A stretch of DNA of 58,581 nucleotides, the filler included, from Sphacelaria rigidula (Eukaryota), in the NCBI GenBank assembly GCA_964200075.2. It is 4 parts of 4 records of this genome, joined end to end, with 100 filler letters (N's around TTAATTAATTAA, not from the genome) between each part and the next. Parts side by side here need not be neighbours in the genome. Positions count along the whole stretch, not along the records: positions 1 to 14,572 come from CAXNAA020002172.1; 3 more parts are not named here. One strand, written 5' to 3'. The translations under genes were made by a program, and so were the position numbers. The notes under the pieces are model-generated. The model searched no databases and was not told the DNA's origin. It saw only the letters and a list, made by a program, of their open reading frames with translations. Shown one piece after another: positions 1 through 11,949 of this stretch (its first letter is position 1; each line of letters opens with the position of its first letter).

Positions 1-73
1 CGAAAGGGATGCGTGGTCAATGGTCAAATGACTAAGGCAAGCAACAAATGAGTACGCCCCCCCCCCTCCCGCC
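1..73 (+). mobile_element. 3' end of poly(C)-tailed non-LTR retrotransposon (LINE) family
   Basis: cgaaagggatgcgtggtcaatggtcaaatgactaaggcaagcaacaaaTGAgtacg followed by a C-run; encodes RKGCVVNGQMTKASNK*. The same terminus ends the longer LINE copy at 45022-45540. Confidence 0.75.
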
Positions 74-173
74 TTTCCGAGGGTACAGGTTTACGCCTCG
101 GGCTGTTGGTGTGAGGGTTAGGATTGCAATAGTGCTGCGGCTTGACGAAAGCAAAGGATATGTCAACCACGGG

Positions 174-473
174 AAACAACGTTTTGATGAGATTGAGAGT
201 AGAGGATACGATTGAGAGTGAAAAACGGTCAATGCGTGAGTGAATCGTTTCAGTTCCGAAATGCCCCTCCACGAAGCCCAATATGCTTTCTGCAAGTTCT
301 TGCCACTGAAGCCCTTGCTACCCCCGAGTAGGATATCGACGTATAGCCCTACGCACACGCAATTGTTACAGGCAAAGAAAAGCACACAGAGTAAGAAATC
401 GGTGAAGTTGAAGCGAATGACCAAATCCACTCTCAAGCAACGCTCTACTCTCAATCTCATGAAAACATTGTTG
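174..473. mobile_element. MITE (~300 bp, ~44-bp imperfect TIRs), Tc1/mariner-type family
   Basis: Left acaacgttttgatgagattgagagtagag...gagagtg is the reverse complement of right cactctc...ctctactctcaatctcatgaaaacattgt. Homologous (inverted) to 9196-9492, with a partial copy at ~14478-14572. Confidence 0.75.
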
Positions 474-1027
474 GAAGAAGATGTCGACCAGGTCGGGCAC
501 GTACTGTTGACATATATTCCTCGTTGGTACCGAGGTTGGGTGTGTATGCTTGTTGTTGTGTGCCACAGTTGACCATGCCAACTTGACCCCAAAGATAATA
601 CACTCTCGTACGGTGCGTAGTTTGTTTGCACAGCAAGGATGATGGAGCAAGCCAGCGGAGATACACCTTTTCCGGCACTGGATGGGAGTAGTGTCGGAAT
701 GACCGTCCGCACCAGCAACAACAACGACGATGAACGGTGGATATGTGTACATCCCCCGCTTGCGTCTGATTTCTCAAAAAGTAAACGCATTTTCAGGACG
801 AGTCTTCGCACACAATTTTCGCTCGAAACTGTGCGGCGGAATTAAACAAAAATCCGATCTGATGATAGGTCGTGAAATCACGAAGTATCTACGTAGTATC
901 CGATCGGAATTTCCCTTCTTCCACCACGCTTTTTCGATCGAAAACATTATGTGCTACGACACGGAATTGCTTACTTCGAGTCCGCGTGTGCCAAGGCAGA
1001 GAGAGGCCTGTGACTTGGTGACTTGGC

Positions 1028-2235
1028 CTCTTGGCTGCGGGGGGAGTGTCCATTTGTTCAACAATCGGCATCATTTTCAGTACTTTTTCGAGTGAAAATG
1101 ATGAACTACTGGAATTCTCCGGTGGTCGAAGAGTTGACCCTCAGACCGCGCGGCTAGGTCACCTGTTGAGTCGGCATCATCTTCACTTGTAAAAGTATCT
1201 GTAATACAGATGGACTACCCGCATCGTGGTCGAAGCGTAAACCCTCTGACCGCGAGGGTAGGTCACCTGCCTGCTGAGTCGGCATCAGTTTCACTTGTAA
1301 AAGGTATGTGTAATCCAGATGGGCTACCCGCATCGTGGTCCACGGTTCACCTTTTTGCCCGCGAAGTTTACCCTTAGATCGCGAGGGTAGTCCATCTGGG
1401 CCATGCATACTTTTTTCAATTGAAACTGATGCCAATTCAACAGATGACCCACTCTCGCCGTCAATTGGTTAGCCCTTACTTAGCCCGAGGTGCGGGTAGT
1501 CCATCTGGTTCACGAATACTTTTTCCAAAGTGAATGTTGATGCCAATTCAGCAGGTGACCTACCCTATCGGTGAAAGGGTTAACCCTTTCACCGCGATGC
1601 GGGTAGTCCATCTGGATCACAATCCTTTTTTTAACTTAATATTGATGCCGATTCAACAGGTGATTACCCTCCTCGCGGTCAAAGCGTTAACCCTTAGACC
1701 GCGGTGCGGGTAGTCCATCTGGATCACCTATACTTTTTCGAGTGAGAATCGATGCCGATTCAGCAGATGACCTACCCTCGCGGCCAAAGGGTTAACCCTT
1801 TGACTGCGAGCACAGGTCATCTGTTGAATCGGCACCAATTTACTACAAAAAGTATGCACGATCCAGATGAAACACCCTCGCGGTCCAAGGTTGAACCCTT
1901 CGATCGCGAGGGTAGGCAAGCTGCTGAATCGGCATCAATATTCACTTGAAAAAAGTATGCATGGTCCAAATGGACTACCCGCACCGCGGTCTAAGGGTTA
2001 ACGTTTTGACCGCGAGCAAAAGATCATCGGTTGAATCGGCATTAAGTTGACATGAAAAGTTAATGCATGACCCCATATGATCTACCCTCGCGGTAAAGGT
2101 GTTAGTTACCCTTAGACCGCGAGGGTACTCGTAGTCCATCTGGACCATCCATACTTTATAGTGGAATTGATGCCGATTCAACGGATGACCTTCTCTCGCT
2201 GTGTGAGTAATAAGGGTTAACTCTCAGGCTGCGTG
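1028..2235. mobile_element. Array of ~10-11 piggyBac-type MITEs (~100-105 bp each), mixed orientation
   Basis: Units CCCTTWGACCGCG...CGCGGTCWAAGGG separated by TTAA (1580-1583, 1687-1690, 1792-1795, 1998-2001). Examples: 1584-1686 and 1691-1791 forward, 1796-1890 and 1896-1997 reverse. CCC...GGG ends plus TTAA are piggyBac hallmarks. Confidence 0.8.
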
Positions 2236-2760
2236 ATCCCCTCGCAGGTGATCTTCGGTAACCTGTGCCACAATCGGGGTTCACAACAGCGACAGCTGTT
2301 GAAAACAACGTAGACAAAGCACCCTTTTTCATGAACACGCGGCGGGGCACATGTGTAGGGAAGACCAGCGCTAGATAACCCCTGACTGATTTTGAGACAT
2401 GAGTCACGTGCTGGGTTCATACATGTCTTCACCGAGCTGTTTTCGTGAGGTACAAGCTTACATATGCTTATTTGCAGGTGACGCACGCTGGCAACCATCA
2501 CTGCTTATCCTCTTCTCCTGTCTATACTGTCGCAGCATTTCTGATCTGATACTTTCGGGGCAGGGCTGCCGCATGTCGAGCGCGTTTATTGACCTTGCAC
2601 GCATGTCACACCGTCTGGAAACATGAGAGGGTCCTGAAAGAAATGGGAACAAGATTTTCCTATGGGAACGAACTGAGGTTGGAATTGTAAATGATTTGAC
2701 AACCGGTACTCGTCAAACAAACGTGCGCCCTTTAACCACCGCAGTTGTTCCATTATTATA

Positions 2761-3842
2761 CGAGCTGGGCTAGCCTAGAGGCGGATTTGAAGTTTGCAGG
2801 CCCATGCTCCCGCCAATATTTAGAGTTGGACCCTGAAATTTGGTATGTACAAGGAATACGGCATGAAAAAAAATTGCCTCGGTACCAATTTTTTTTTCAT
2901 GAGTTGAAGGCATTTTACTGATACCGGAAAACTGATTATTGCCCTTAAATCACGGGAAAAAAAAAGTTTTGGTACCGAGGTAATTTTTTTTTCATGTCCT
3001 ATTCATTGTCCATACCAAATTTCAGGGTCCAACTCTAAATAATCGCGGGAGAATGGGCCTTTCATAACCCGGGTCGGTAGAAATTCGGAACAGTATTTCG
3101 CAGGCCACTCACCGGCTCATGTTTAATTTTCATGTATTGAAATTTTGTGTGGGCGCTCTCTAAGGCATAATTAGCACAACAAAGTGGGTGACTTTTTTTT
3201 TTCATTTTCCCCCAGTGAGTAAGGGCGTTCTACTATGGTAAAGAGCTAGAACATTGAGAAAAGGCCTATAGCAATGTATATCTCTCCTCAAAACTCCACT
3301 AAAAACACGAAAAAAAATGAAAAAAATGAAGAAGAAAAATGAAAAAGGTGACAAGCTGTTTCTATGCTTTTTTTATGCACTAGCGGTTCACCACACGAAA
3401 TTTTATGGAACAACTCTTTAAAACTGAGACGCGATATCCAGACGTACGGCATCTGGTGCCTCTGCTCGTAATATATTGGTTTTAGTATGGGAAATTATGT
3501 GCGCCATATCTCGGGATAGATAACGAATTAGGTGAAGGTGGGGGTATCTGTCGTCTCCGCTTGTTCCAGAGAATGTCCACACCAGAATTCGTTGCCATCC
3601 GCTAAATACATCGATCGGGAGTTTCATAGAGATTTTAGTATTGGTCCTATCTCCCTTAGGTATAGGAATTACTAGATATGGGGTTTAATCAACGAGAAAA
3701 TATGGGCCCAAAATTTCAAGCAGATGGGCACCTTCCCCTTGATTAGACGATTAATACGATATGCCGATCACGGCCCAACTCGTCTGTGTCGGTGAGATAT
3801 TGCTTTTCGAGTTTAAATCCGTTTGAAGGCTGGCCCAGCTCG
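2761..3842. mobile_element. Non-autonomous Tc1/mariner-type DNA transposon (1.08 kb)
   Basis: 16-bp TIR cgagctgggctagcct / aggctggcccagctcg (1 mismatch), flanked by TA on both sides (2759-2760, 3843-3844); no long ORF. Confidence 0.8.
2799..3060. repeat. ~100-bp inverted repeat pair (foldback) inside the mariner-type element
   Basis: aggcccatgctcccg...tatttagagttggaccctgaaatttggtatg...ggtacc mirrored by ggtacc...cataccaaatttcagggtccaactctaaata...cgggagaatgggcct; ~55-bp spacer. Confidence 0.85.
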
Positions 3843-4166
3843 TAGCCTTCCTTGTGTTTTTTGTAATGTACCAGCTGGAACTGTCAATGAACTATCAACG
3901 CAAAATGGAACAAAGAACAACTAGGGCTGTGCGCAGACTTCTCTTCTAGTGCACTCAACGTACATTTGCGCAACATGTCATGGACCAAGAACCCTGTCAT
4001 CTCTACCGTACAGCAGTATCAGATGTGACTTTCACCGCTGTGCAGTATTTGCAACATGTTGTTATCTTTCTCACCCCTCGCTTGTTACATGCACTACGAT
4101 CCCACCTGCATACCGTTGCCAGTAACCCTCGTTGTTGAAAACGTCCGACGAGCTGGGCCAGCTTAA

Positions 4167-4264
4167 CCCTCAGGCAGCGAGGTTAGTCTATCTGAATCAT
4201 GCTTACTGTTTTCAAGTGAAATTAATGCCGGTTCAACAGATGACCTACTCTCACTGTCCAAGGG
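4167..4264. mobile_element. Single piggyBac-type MITE
   Basis: ttaa-CCCTcaggcagcg...ctgtccaAGGG-ttat with the same core as the 1028-2235 units; inserted just inside the mariner TIR. Confidence 0.7.
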
Positions 4265-5062
4265 TTATAGGCTGCAAAAAGTTTCTCACACCACAGCTTC
4301 CCCAGTTCCCCGAATGAACCCGATGTAAGCATATCACTGTGAAGTGTAGACCAACCTGGTGACACACGGCACCGCCGCTGAATAAAATAAAAATAAAAAT
4401 AAACGTACTGCATAATGTATGACCTTAACGACGGACGAAAAAAAAAAAGAGCATCTGTCGGGATTCGAACTTATGACCTCCATAATTGGAGTCTCCCATC
4501 ACTTGATTTAGTCGCTGATAAAAAAAGTCTGTATGCATTACACAGCAGCAGCAGCAGCAGCAGCAGCGCGGAGTACAGCTGACATGATAAGTGCGATGTA
4601 ACTAACATGCAGGAGGTGCGCCAGTAACACCTTCAAAATATCAATACTGTACCACTAAAGCAAGGAGAGAGAAAGTTGCTTGAATGGTGGTACCTCGCAT
4701 GCACCCTCTGTTTGCACATGGCAGCACGTATTGCCTACTATGCATCCATATTGAAACGTACACCCATGCGGATTAGCCAAAAAAGACAACCAGGGGTCAT
4801 CCCGGAATAACACCATACACTCAACATCCATCTGTTCGGGTGAGTACGCGTATTATGTCACATGACAAACATACTCGCAGTCAAATTTGACCACGGACGA
4901 CATTGGGTGATATTGGGCGATCTGGAGGTCAAAGGGTCGGTACGAACTAGGAGCGGATCTGGAGGTTGAAGGTCCTTTCTCACCTCAAACTTGGCAATTG
5001 AACTTCCAAATTTGGTACCTGTACGGAGAATCGCTAGTATAGTGAGTAAAGGGCAAAAAACG

Positions 5063-5585
5063 AAATCTACTTTTCACTCAAGTGTCCCGAAGTTATGGAA
5101 AAAATAAAAATATATCAACGTCCCAAAATCTCTTGTTTTATTATGCTCCAGTTATTATACTAAACTTGAAAGTCTAGCTCTCAGCATTGGGGGGGAAATG
5201 GGCGATTTCGAATCCGGGTCGGATGATGTTTAGAACAGTATTTTGCAGGCCATTGACAAGTCCGGTTTTGGAACTTGTGCTCTAAAATTTCGTGTGGTAA
5301 ACGCTGCGAGAAGAAACAAAATCTACTTTTCAATAAAATGTACCGAAGTCATGGGAAAAATGAGAAAATGTATCAACGTCCCAAAATCTCTTGTTTTTTC
5401 ATTATGCTTTACGAGTTGTGATTATAACAAAATTGAAAGTCCAGCTCTCAATATCGGGGGGGGAATGGGCGATTTAGAACCCGAGTCGGATGAGATTTAC
5501 GACAGTATTTTGCAGGCCATCGACAAGTCCAGTTTTGGTACGATGTACTTGTGCTCTAAAATTCTGTGCGGAAAACGCTGCGAGT
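5063..5585 (+). repeat. Tandem duplication, ~256-bp period, two diverged copies
   Basis: aaatctacttttca...tatcaacgtcccaaaatctcttgtt...cagtattttgcaggccat...gtgctctaaaatt occurs from ~5063 and again from ~5319. Confidence 0.8.
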
Positions 5586-7546
5586 GGTGGAAAATGATTA
5601 AAAAGATGCGACACGTGTATTTTTTCATTTTCTTCATGAGTAAAGGACATTTTAGTGTAGGAAAGACCATTTTCGAACGAAAACACCCTCAACTCACTAC
5701 AAAAATAAAAAAATGAACTTTTTTTGTGATCAGTATGCCCTTGCGATTCTCCAAACCCAATGCCAAATCACATTTCAGTGAGGGAGATTAAAGACTGAGA
5801 TGAGGGCCTTGAACAATGTCAATTCTTCACTAAAACGCACTCAACACATGCCAAACTAAAAAAATTACAAGGGCCTGAACGTTTTCCCATCATGCCCTGG
5901 CGATTCTCCAAATTTCGAAGCGGAACTGAGACGCGATCTCCAGTTTTAGTGCATTTAGTGCCTCCGCTCGTCAATATACTGAGTTCAGAGAGGAAGTGGC
6001 ATGTGCGCCATATTTGTAGATAGACAAATAATAAGGTGAGGGTGAGGGTTTCCATCGTTTTCCCGTGCTCCAAGGAATATTCACACAAAAGTCGTCATCA
6101 TCCGCTGTATATATCGTTCGGGGTTTCATATAGACTTGAGTTTGGACCTTATCTCCGTACGGTATAGGACTGACTCGACATGGCGTTAAACCCTGTTGAG
6201 ACCGGAATAAGCTAACCGGGGGGCAGGGCCCATCGTGAATCGGCATCATATTCAACAGGCAGTGTTGCTGATTTTCGATATTATGGAGGCGGTGTTTTGG
6301 AAGCTCACGAAAGAAGAGAACCCGCACCTCGCTTGGGACGACGCCAAAACTTGGAGGAGGTGTAGATTGGTAATATCAAAAGAGGAAGGTGCTACAGTCA
6401 CAGCTGCAGCAGCGGAAGTCGCTGAGGACCCGGTCTGCATTGAAACGGTGGATACCACCGATACATTGGATTATATTTTCCAAGACCCTGCTGTCTGCTG
6501 ACGACTATAGTGGGTACAGTGTCAGTCGGGCACGCACGCAGCAACGGATCCTGCCGACCTCAGCATTAATCTGCGCTCAGTCATGGATAAACACTCGGAT
6601 GAACCCAGCAAAAATGCACCGTTCAGGCTCCGTTAAATGTCTGGGAACGCTCCCGCTCCAAAAAAGCGACAGGTCAAGGTTAAGCTCCTGTCGGGCGACC
6701 AAAGGGTTGTGCCACTGACCCTCGCCGGGGCGACATCCCGCTGCAGACAGTCCCAGGACTACCGGGACGGGCGCGCAGACAGTCTGGCCGCCGGAGTGGT
6801 CATTGTAGTGATGTTCTAGCTGTATCAAAATAGAGTACGGCCGCACAGGGGTTGCACGTGAGACCTCGGTGGTTGGCCCACCGCTGCTTCGGTCATGTGT
6901 TGCGGATTATTTCACGATCTCACCTCCTAAGATGATATGTGGAGATGTAACACACGCTGGACCAGAGCTTTCCACAGTGTACAATGTCAAAGAGTGTGTT
7001 ATACTGTGTAAAGTATGGAATATATTGCCTACTGCAATGTGCGTCATGGTAAGTACTGCCGCGGTACACTTCGAGACAGCATAGAAATCTCCACGTGGAA
7101 TGTAACAGTCGAGTTTCGCGCCATCGGCTGTACAGCTTTGCCCAAGGTACAGGCAGGCATTATAGCGGCTGAAGCGGTCTTTTACTCCTGCGTGCGCCAC
7201 CGAGGGTAAACACACGCGTAGCTGCAACACATACGGTGACGCAGCGAGGGGTGGTATACGACGTACACAGACAGCAAGCAGTGTTATACATATAGAATGT
7301 ATACAAGTATGATTTGATATCCGTGAGCACGGGGTGGGACCGGTATGTAAAGAACCCTGCACAACGCACCACTTCGCGCCAGGTACTATCGGGGCGCGAT
7401 CTCTTTGCAGTAGCAATCGCTTGCAATGTGTGCTGTGGCAGATGTCGTGCTTGATGCGGCTTTCTCCACCGCACGTCGCCCGTGATGCCAGCTGTTGATG
7501 CTGACCGTGCCCATCCCTCTTCCCGCGGTGACCTCCACTCTGAGCC

Positions 7547-7634
7547 TAGTATTATATTATTATAATTATTATAATTATAATTATAATTATAATTATTATA
7601 ATTTATTATTATTATTTATTATTATTACTACTAT
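7547..7634. repeat. AT-rich microsatellite (TAT/TAA/TATAAT)n
   Basis: Direct reading of the sequence. Confidence 0.95.
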
Positions 7635-8663
7635 TTCCGAACACTGGTCCGATCTCGCGAACCCATGGTCACAGACTCAGGCTCGCCTATCCAATACCGT
7701 CCCTGATATTCCTCAAAAGACGAGCCTATAATAGAACAATGAAAACTGCGGAAAATGATTTAATCTACTGGCGCACAGATTCTTCGACGCAAACATCTCC
7801 ATAACACGAGCTGGGCCAGCTGACAATGATTTTTTAATGAGTCCTGGCGATGCGATTGGTAGTTCCAAGAGTAAGGCGCTGAAATTCTGACACGAGATTT
7901 TGATCATCAACCAGCGCAACAATATTGGGGGTAGAGACGAATAACAAAACAAAACAGGAAGTTAGAGCGAGTTGAAGTTTCAGCAAAAACGGTGAAAATG
8001 CTATAACTCCGTGAAAAAATGATAATACGGCTGCACCCCGAAAAATGTTGTGGGCACTCGCGTCCGGGACATCCTGGTAAAGTTTCGGTCAAAGTTACCT
8101 CAAAATCGGGCGCCGCATTGCACTTTTCGTGTGACATGGCCGCGCCCCTTTGATGTGACGACACCAACATACAACCACAGTTCGAAGTCGATGTCTCCTC
8201 CTGTCCGAGTTCAAGTCAAGGTCGGGCAAAATTTCGACTGCTTTCCGAGGCACATATTTGTTTCAGTCACATTTCCTACATTTCTCCTTCCTCGAAAAGA
8301 ATCTGTGGTCACATGGGATCAACCTCCCTTTGCCCTCGATACACACCTGCCCTTCTACTCTCGTGGATTGGATCGGCATTCCTCCCCGTGTAGACTCTCG
8401 TCAAATAAACCAGACAAGCCGAACGTATTTGGTCGAACAAACCCTTTTTGGTACTGACGTGCTCACGCTTTCAATGAAGAAATTGACTTCCAGACGGGGC
8501 ACACACTCGATGTCTTTGTGCCACCCACACCTTCACGTTTTCAGCGATGGAAACAACAAAATTTCGAGAAAAAACCCGAACACAGATGGCGGCCATCGTA
8601 TCCCCGCGTTTTGTTTATCCTCACGGAGTCACTTGGGACCATCAGATGAAGGGAGCGCCGCGG

Positions 8664-8668
8664 AAAAA
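8664..8668 (-). terminator. Pol III T5 terminator of tRNA-Gln
   Basis: TTTTT on the minus strand about 10 nt downstream of the discriminator base. Confidence 0.7.
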
Positions 8669-8677
8669 TAGAAGAAC

Positions 8678-8749
8678 TGGTCCAACTGAGACTCGAACTC
8701 AGGGTGGCAGATTCAGAGTCTGCAGTGTTACCGACTACACCATAAGACC
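8678..8749 (-). tRNA. tRNA-Gln, anticodon CTG
   Basis: Reverse complement folds as GGTCTTA TG GTGT AGTCGGTA ACAC T GCAGA CT-CTG-AA TCTGC CACC CTGAG TTCGAGT CTCAG TTGGACC A. D, anticodon and T stems are perfect; one T-T mismatch in the acceptor stem; 72 nt. Confidence 0.9.
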
Positions 8750-8938
8750 ATTTGGCTGCTAACAACTTTGATTGTCATCTTATGTAGGGTTTTGCCGATG
8801 AATCGATATGAGCTGATATCGCACGGGCATCCTCAGCGAGTAAACGCCTCCTTTTCTTGTGCGCTTCAATGGTTGAGTGCTCGGTACCCAAATGGTCACA
8901 TGTGGCTGGAGTGCGAGGTAGGCGATCTCTACGTAGAC

Positions 8939-10020
8939 TAGTGTTGCATATAGAACCCAAAGTTTCGATATACCGTACCGAGATACCATTCCGATTTTTT
9001 TTCGATATTACGATATCATAGAAGATCACCTATCATCGCAGTTATGGAGGATGGGCGGAATATTAGTGCAGTTGAGAGTCGAGGATTGCTGTCAAGAGTT
9101 GTGCAGAAGTACATTGCGTTTGCATTGATCATCAAGACCATCTCTGCGGACGTGCTGGTGTTTCCGATTGCATCATGCGTTCGTCGTTTGAAGTACAACA
9201 ATGTTTTCATGCAGCGTTGATTGAGGGAGTTCTATTATTCGCTCTAACTTGACCAATTTTCATGTTGTGTGTGCTTTTATTTTACTTGAACACTGGCGTG
9301 TGCTTACAGCTGCAGGTCAACATCCTACTCGGGGATATCAAAGGCTCTAGTGGCAAACCACGACAGAAAGCGTATCGGTCCTCGTATAAGGCCCGGAGGG
9401 ATATTTCGGAAGAGAAACAATTTCATTCATTCTTTAATCGCTTCTCACTCGCGATCGTATCATAGGCTCTCAATCTCACGAAAATATTGATGTACGTGGA
9501 CGCCACAGCATACCATCGAGCATATTTCCATCTCTTTTCCGCACAACGGCATGGTAAATCGTGGATTCTGCAGCTGCAAGCAGTGAACAAAGTTGGTAGC
9601 AGAAACTAGGACACTTGACGTGGAGATGAAAAAAATATATATTTCTTCTCTGTCCTGTGTTACTCATAAGCTGGAAGTGTGATGTGATACCTTATAATTT
9701 TTCAACAAACATCTTGGCCAACTATAGGTTCACCGCCACTGCAAAGTTCAAGTGGTTTTTAACGGGGGCGCGTTTGATGAGAAATGAGGCCGAGATGGCA
9801 ACATGACTGCATTTTTCCCGTCTCCAGCGCCCCCCCCTCGCCAGCCAGAGGGGGGGGGGGCATAGGGGTTCGCACAGCGCGCTGCCTCGCATTCGCTCAG
9901 TCGCTTACTTGTGTGCTCATCCGGCTCGCTGCGGTCACCACAATTTATCGAAATCGAAATCGAAATCGACGTCTTCGAGGCCGTATATCGTATCGATTAT
10001 TGGTTCGATATGCAACACTT
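8939..10020. mobile_element. Non-autonomous hAT-type transposon
   Basis: TIR tagtgttgcatatagaacc / ggttcgatatgcaacactt; 8-bp flanks ACGTAGAC / ACGCAGGC (6/8, decayed TSD); subterminal TCGATA/ATCGAA motif clusters. Confidence 0.7.
9196..9492. mobile_element. Tc1/mariner-type MITE nested in the hAT element
   Basis: TA-caacaatgttttcatg...cacgaaaatattgatg-TA; same family as 174-473. Confidence 0.75.
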
Positions 10021-10239
10021 ACGCAGGCGTCGCGTAAGGTAACACAAACGCCGCATTGATCAAAGCAGTTGAAAATGTCCATCGCTCCCTTCCGCCTCCG
10101 TGTCCGATTCATAATTTTCCTTTCAAAACCTCCAACTACGCATGGGCGACTTCGTAACATTCCTCGGTTGGTGTGGAAATAGGCACTGCTCTCCCTCGAA
10201 AACTACCCCCCCCCGCCCCTGGAACTGGATGTGAGTGAA

Positions 10240-10526
10240 CGTTGGGCTACAAATGTCCTTGGTTGACACACTTTTACGAGTATCCCTATCCCTACCCCTG
10301 AAACCCAACGCATATCGAGAACCCTCTGGGAAGGGCAGTAAATAATTCCCCAGGCAAAGTGCGGCCTTGGTGGACCCCAAATCAGTACCTGTGGCGCCGA
10401 TTTCAACGAAAACGCGTGCTGCGCGCTCGAGGAGCACACGGGACTGTCGGCCCTTACTAAAATTCCGGTTCTAGTTGTACACACTGAAATAGAGTAATAT
10501 CAGCCATGGACATTTGTAGCCCAACG
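10240..10526. mobile_element. MITE with ~27-bp TIRs
   Basis: cgttgggctacaaatgtccttggttga / tcagccatggacatttgtagcccaacg; a second left end lies at ~50088-50140. Confidence 0.75.
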
Positions 10527-10721
10527 GGGAAACTCTACTGGATTGAACCGTCCATCAGCGAAACTGTTCCAAGATGAGGCTCGCCGTCGAAGGGTCACCC
10601 CGTGACTGCCGAGATATGGAGATATCTACTAAAACAACATTTACTCATTAAAATCAAGTGTAAGACGTTCGCACTGGTATGTATTGACTCCAGTCGACTG
10701 CTCTGTTGTCACAGAGGCCAG

Positions 10722-11009
10722 GTTTTTGACCGCCTGAATGGGCTTCTGTTGAACCGGCATCACTATCACTTGGAAAATGAGCCTCACACCACAGCAACCA
10801 ACCACCCTGCGGTCAAAGGGCCAGCCCTTCGGCTACCCAGGGGTGCCCATGTGTTGAATCTGCATCAGTTTCACTTGAAAAATGAATTGCACACTTGGTT
10901 GTTAGCCCTTTGACCGCGAGGGTAGGCCAAGTGTGGAATCGGTATAAATTTCACTCGGAGGTATTATGTGTGTTCCGGATGGACTAGCCGTGTCGCGGTC
11001 TAAGGGTTA
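10722..11009. mobile_element. Cluster of ~3 piggyBac-type MITEs
   Basis: Diverged copies of the ~100-bp unit (tgaatcggcatca...cacttgaaaa...ggactagcc...cgcggtctaagggttaa). Confidence 0.65.
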
Positions 11010-11327
11010 ATCCGGGGAAGCTAGACAGGTGAAGGTTGGAATACGATGAAAACAATTCGAAATGTCTCCACCATAATTTTCGAAGGACTCGCACGGAGGC
11101 GGACCATGAGACGACACGCTCCAAGAGTCGGGTGTCGTCCGCCGTATATGCCTCCGAACCCCCATTATATACATCATGACATTGGTGTCGACGTTTTTCG
11201 TACCCGCCCACCTCCGAGCGATTCGGTCACTCCACATAACCCACATCCACAATGTTCCTCTCATGTTCATACGCAACAAATCACGATTTTTTTTTCACGG
11301 TTTCATACCGCTGATTTTGCTTGTTGA

Positions 11328-11432
11328 CCGTTTGATCGCGAGGGTAGGTCACCTGCTGTGTCGGCATCAATTCCACTTGAAAAAAGTGCGCGTGATCCAG
11401 ATGGACTACCCACATCGCGATCCAAGGGTTGA
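11328..11432. mobile_element. Single piggyBac-type MITE
   Basis: ccgtttgatcgcgagggtaggtcacctg...ggactacccacatcgcgatccaaggg-ttga. Confidence 0.7.
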
Positions 11433-11949
11433 ATTGATTAGTTATCTCACACGAGCTAAGTGCAACACTCCGGCCCGTGGTCAGGAGCAGCAAAAAAGAG
11501 CAGAATGAGAAAGAAGGGAAGGAACAAAAAGACAGAAGTTGTATCCACATGAGTTAGTCTTAGGATCCAACTTGTTGTCAAGTCGGCAGATGAAGCCATA
11601 ATGCTACAGACGACGTTTCCCGAGAAAAGGCAAGAAGTATCGCAATATCGCAACAATACATATTAGCAAAGGACAATGACTACGCTCGGAATTTACGAAT
11701 ATACCAGTGCCGTGCACCTCACCCCCTAACACACCTGCCATAGATGCGTCCTGTCTGTCGCGTTTCTCCACTGACACGACACCGCTTCACACGACAGCAG
11801 ACCGTTACCGTCCACGAACTGACGAAAACCACCGTAAAACATGACAAGAAAGGAGGGAGAGGAGGGGACAGGCAGTAGGAAGGACAATACAGCCAACATC
11901 CAGTACGAAAAAATGGCGCGAAAATGATGGGCTTCGAACGCGAATATAC

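Larger units (their letters stand above)
4149..6235. mobile_element. Larger, diverged relative of the CGAGCTGGGCCAGC-TIR element (right end not found)
   Basis: Starts with TIR cgagctgggccagc. 5214-5310 and 5923-6200 align with 3068-3160 and 3422-3700. 4287-4470 aligns with 46829-47010, which follows the same TIR at 46794. Confidence 0.6.

Noticed and set aside
1028-2235. CRISPR array, bacterial REP/BIME cluster, or telomere-fusion (AGGGTTAACCCT) site
   Set aside because: There are no unique spacers or cas genes, the context is eukaryotic, and there are no (TTAGGG)n tracts. The palindrome is two MITE ends around a TTAA.
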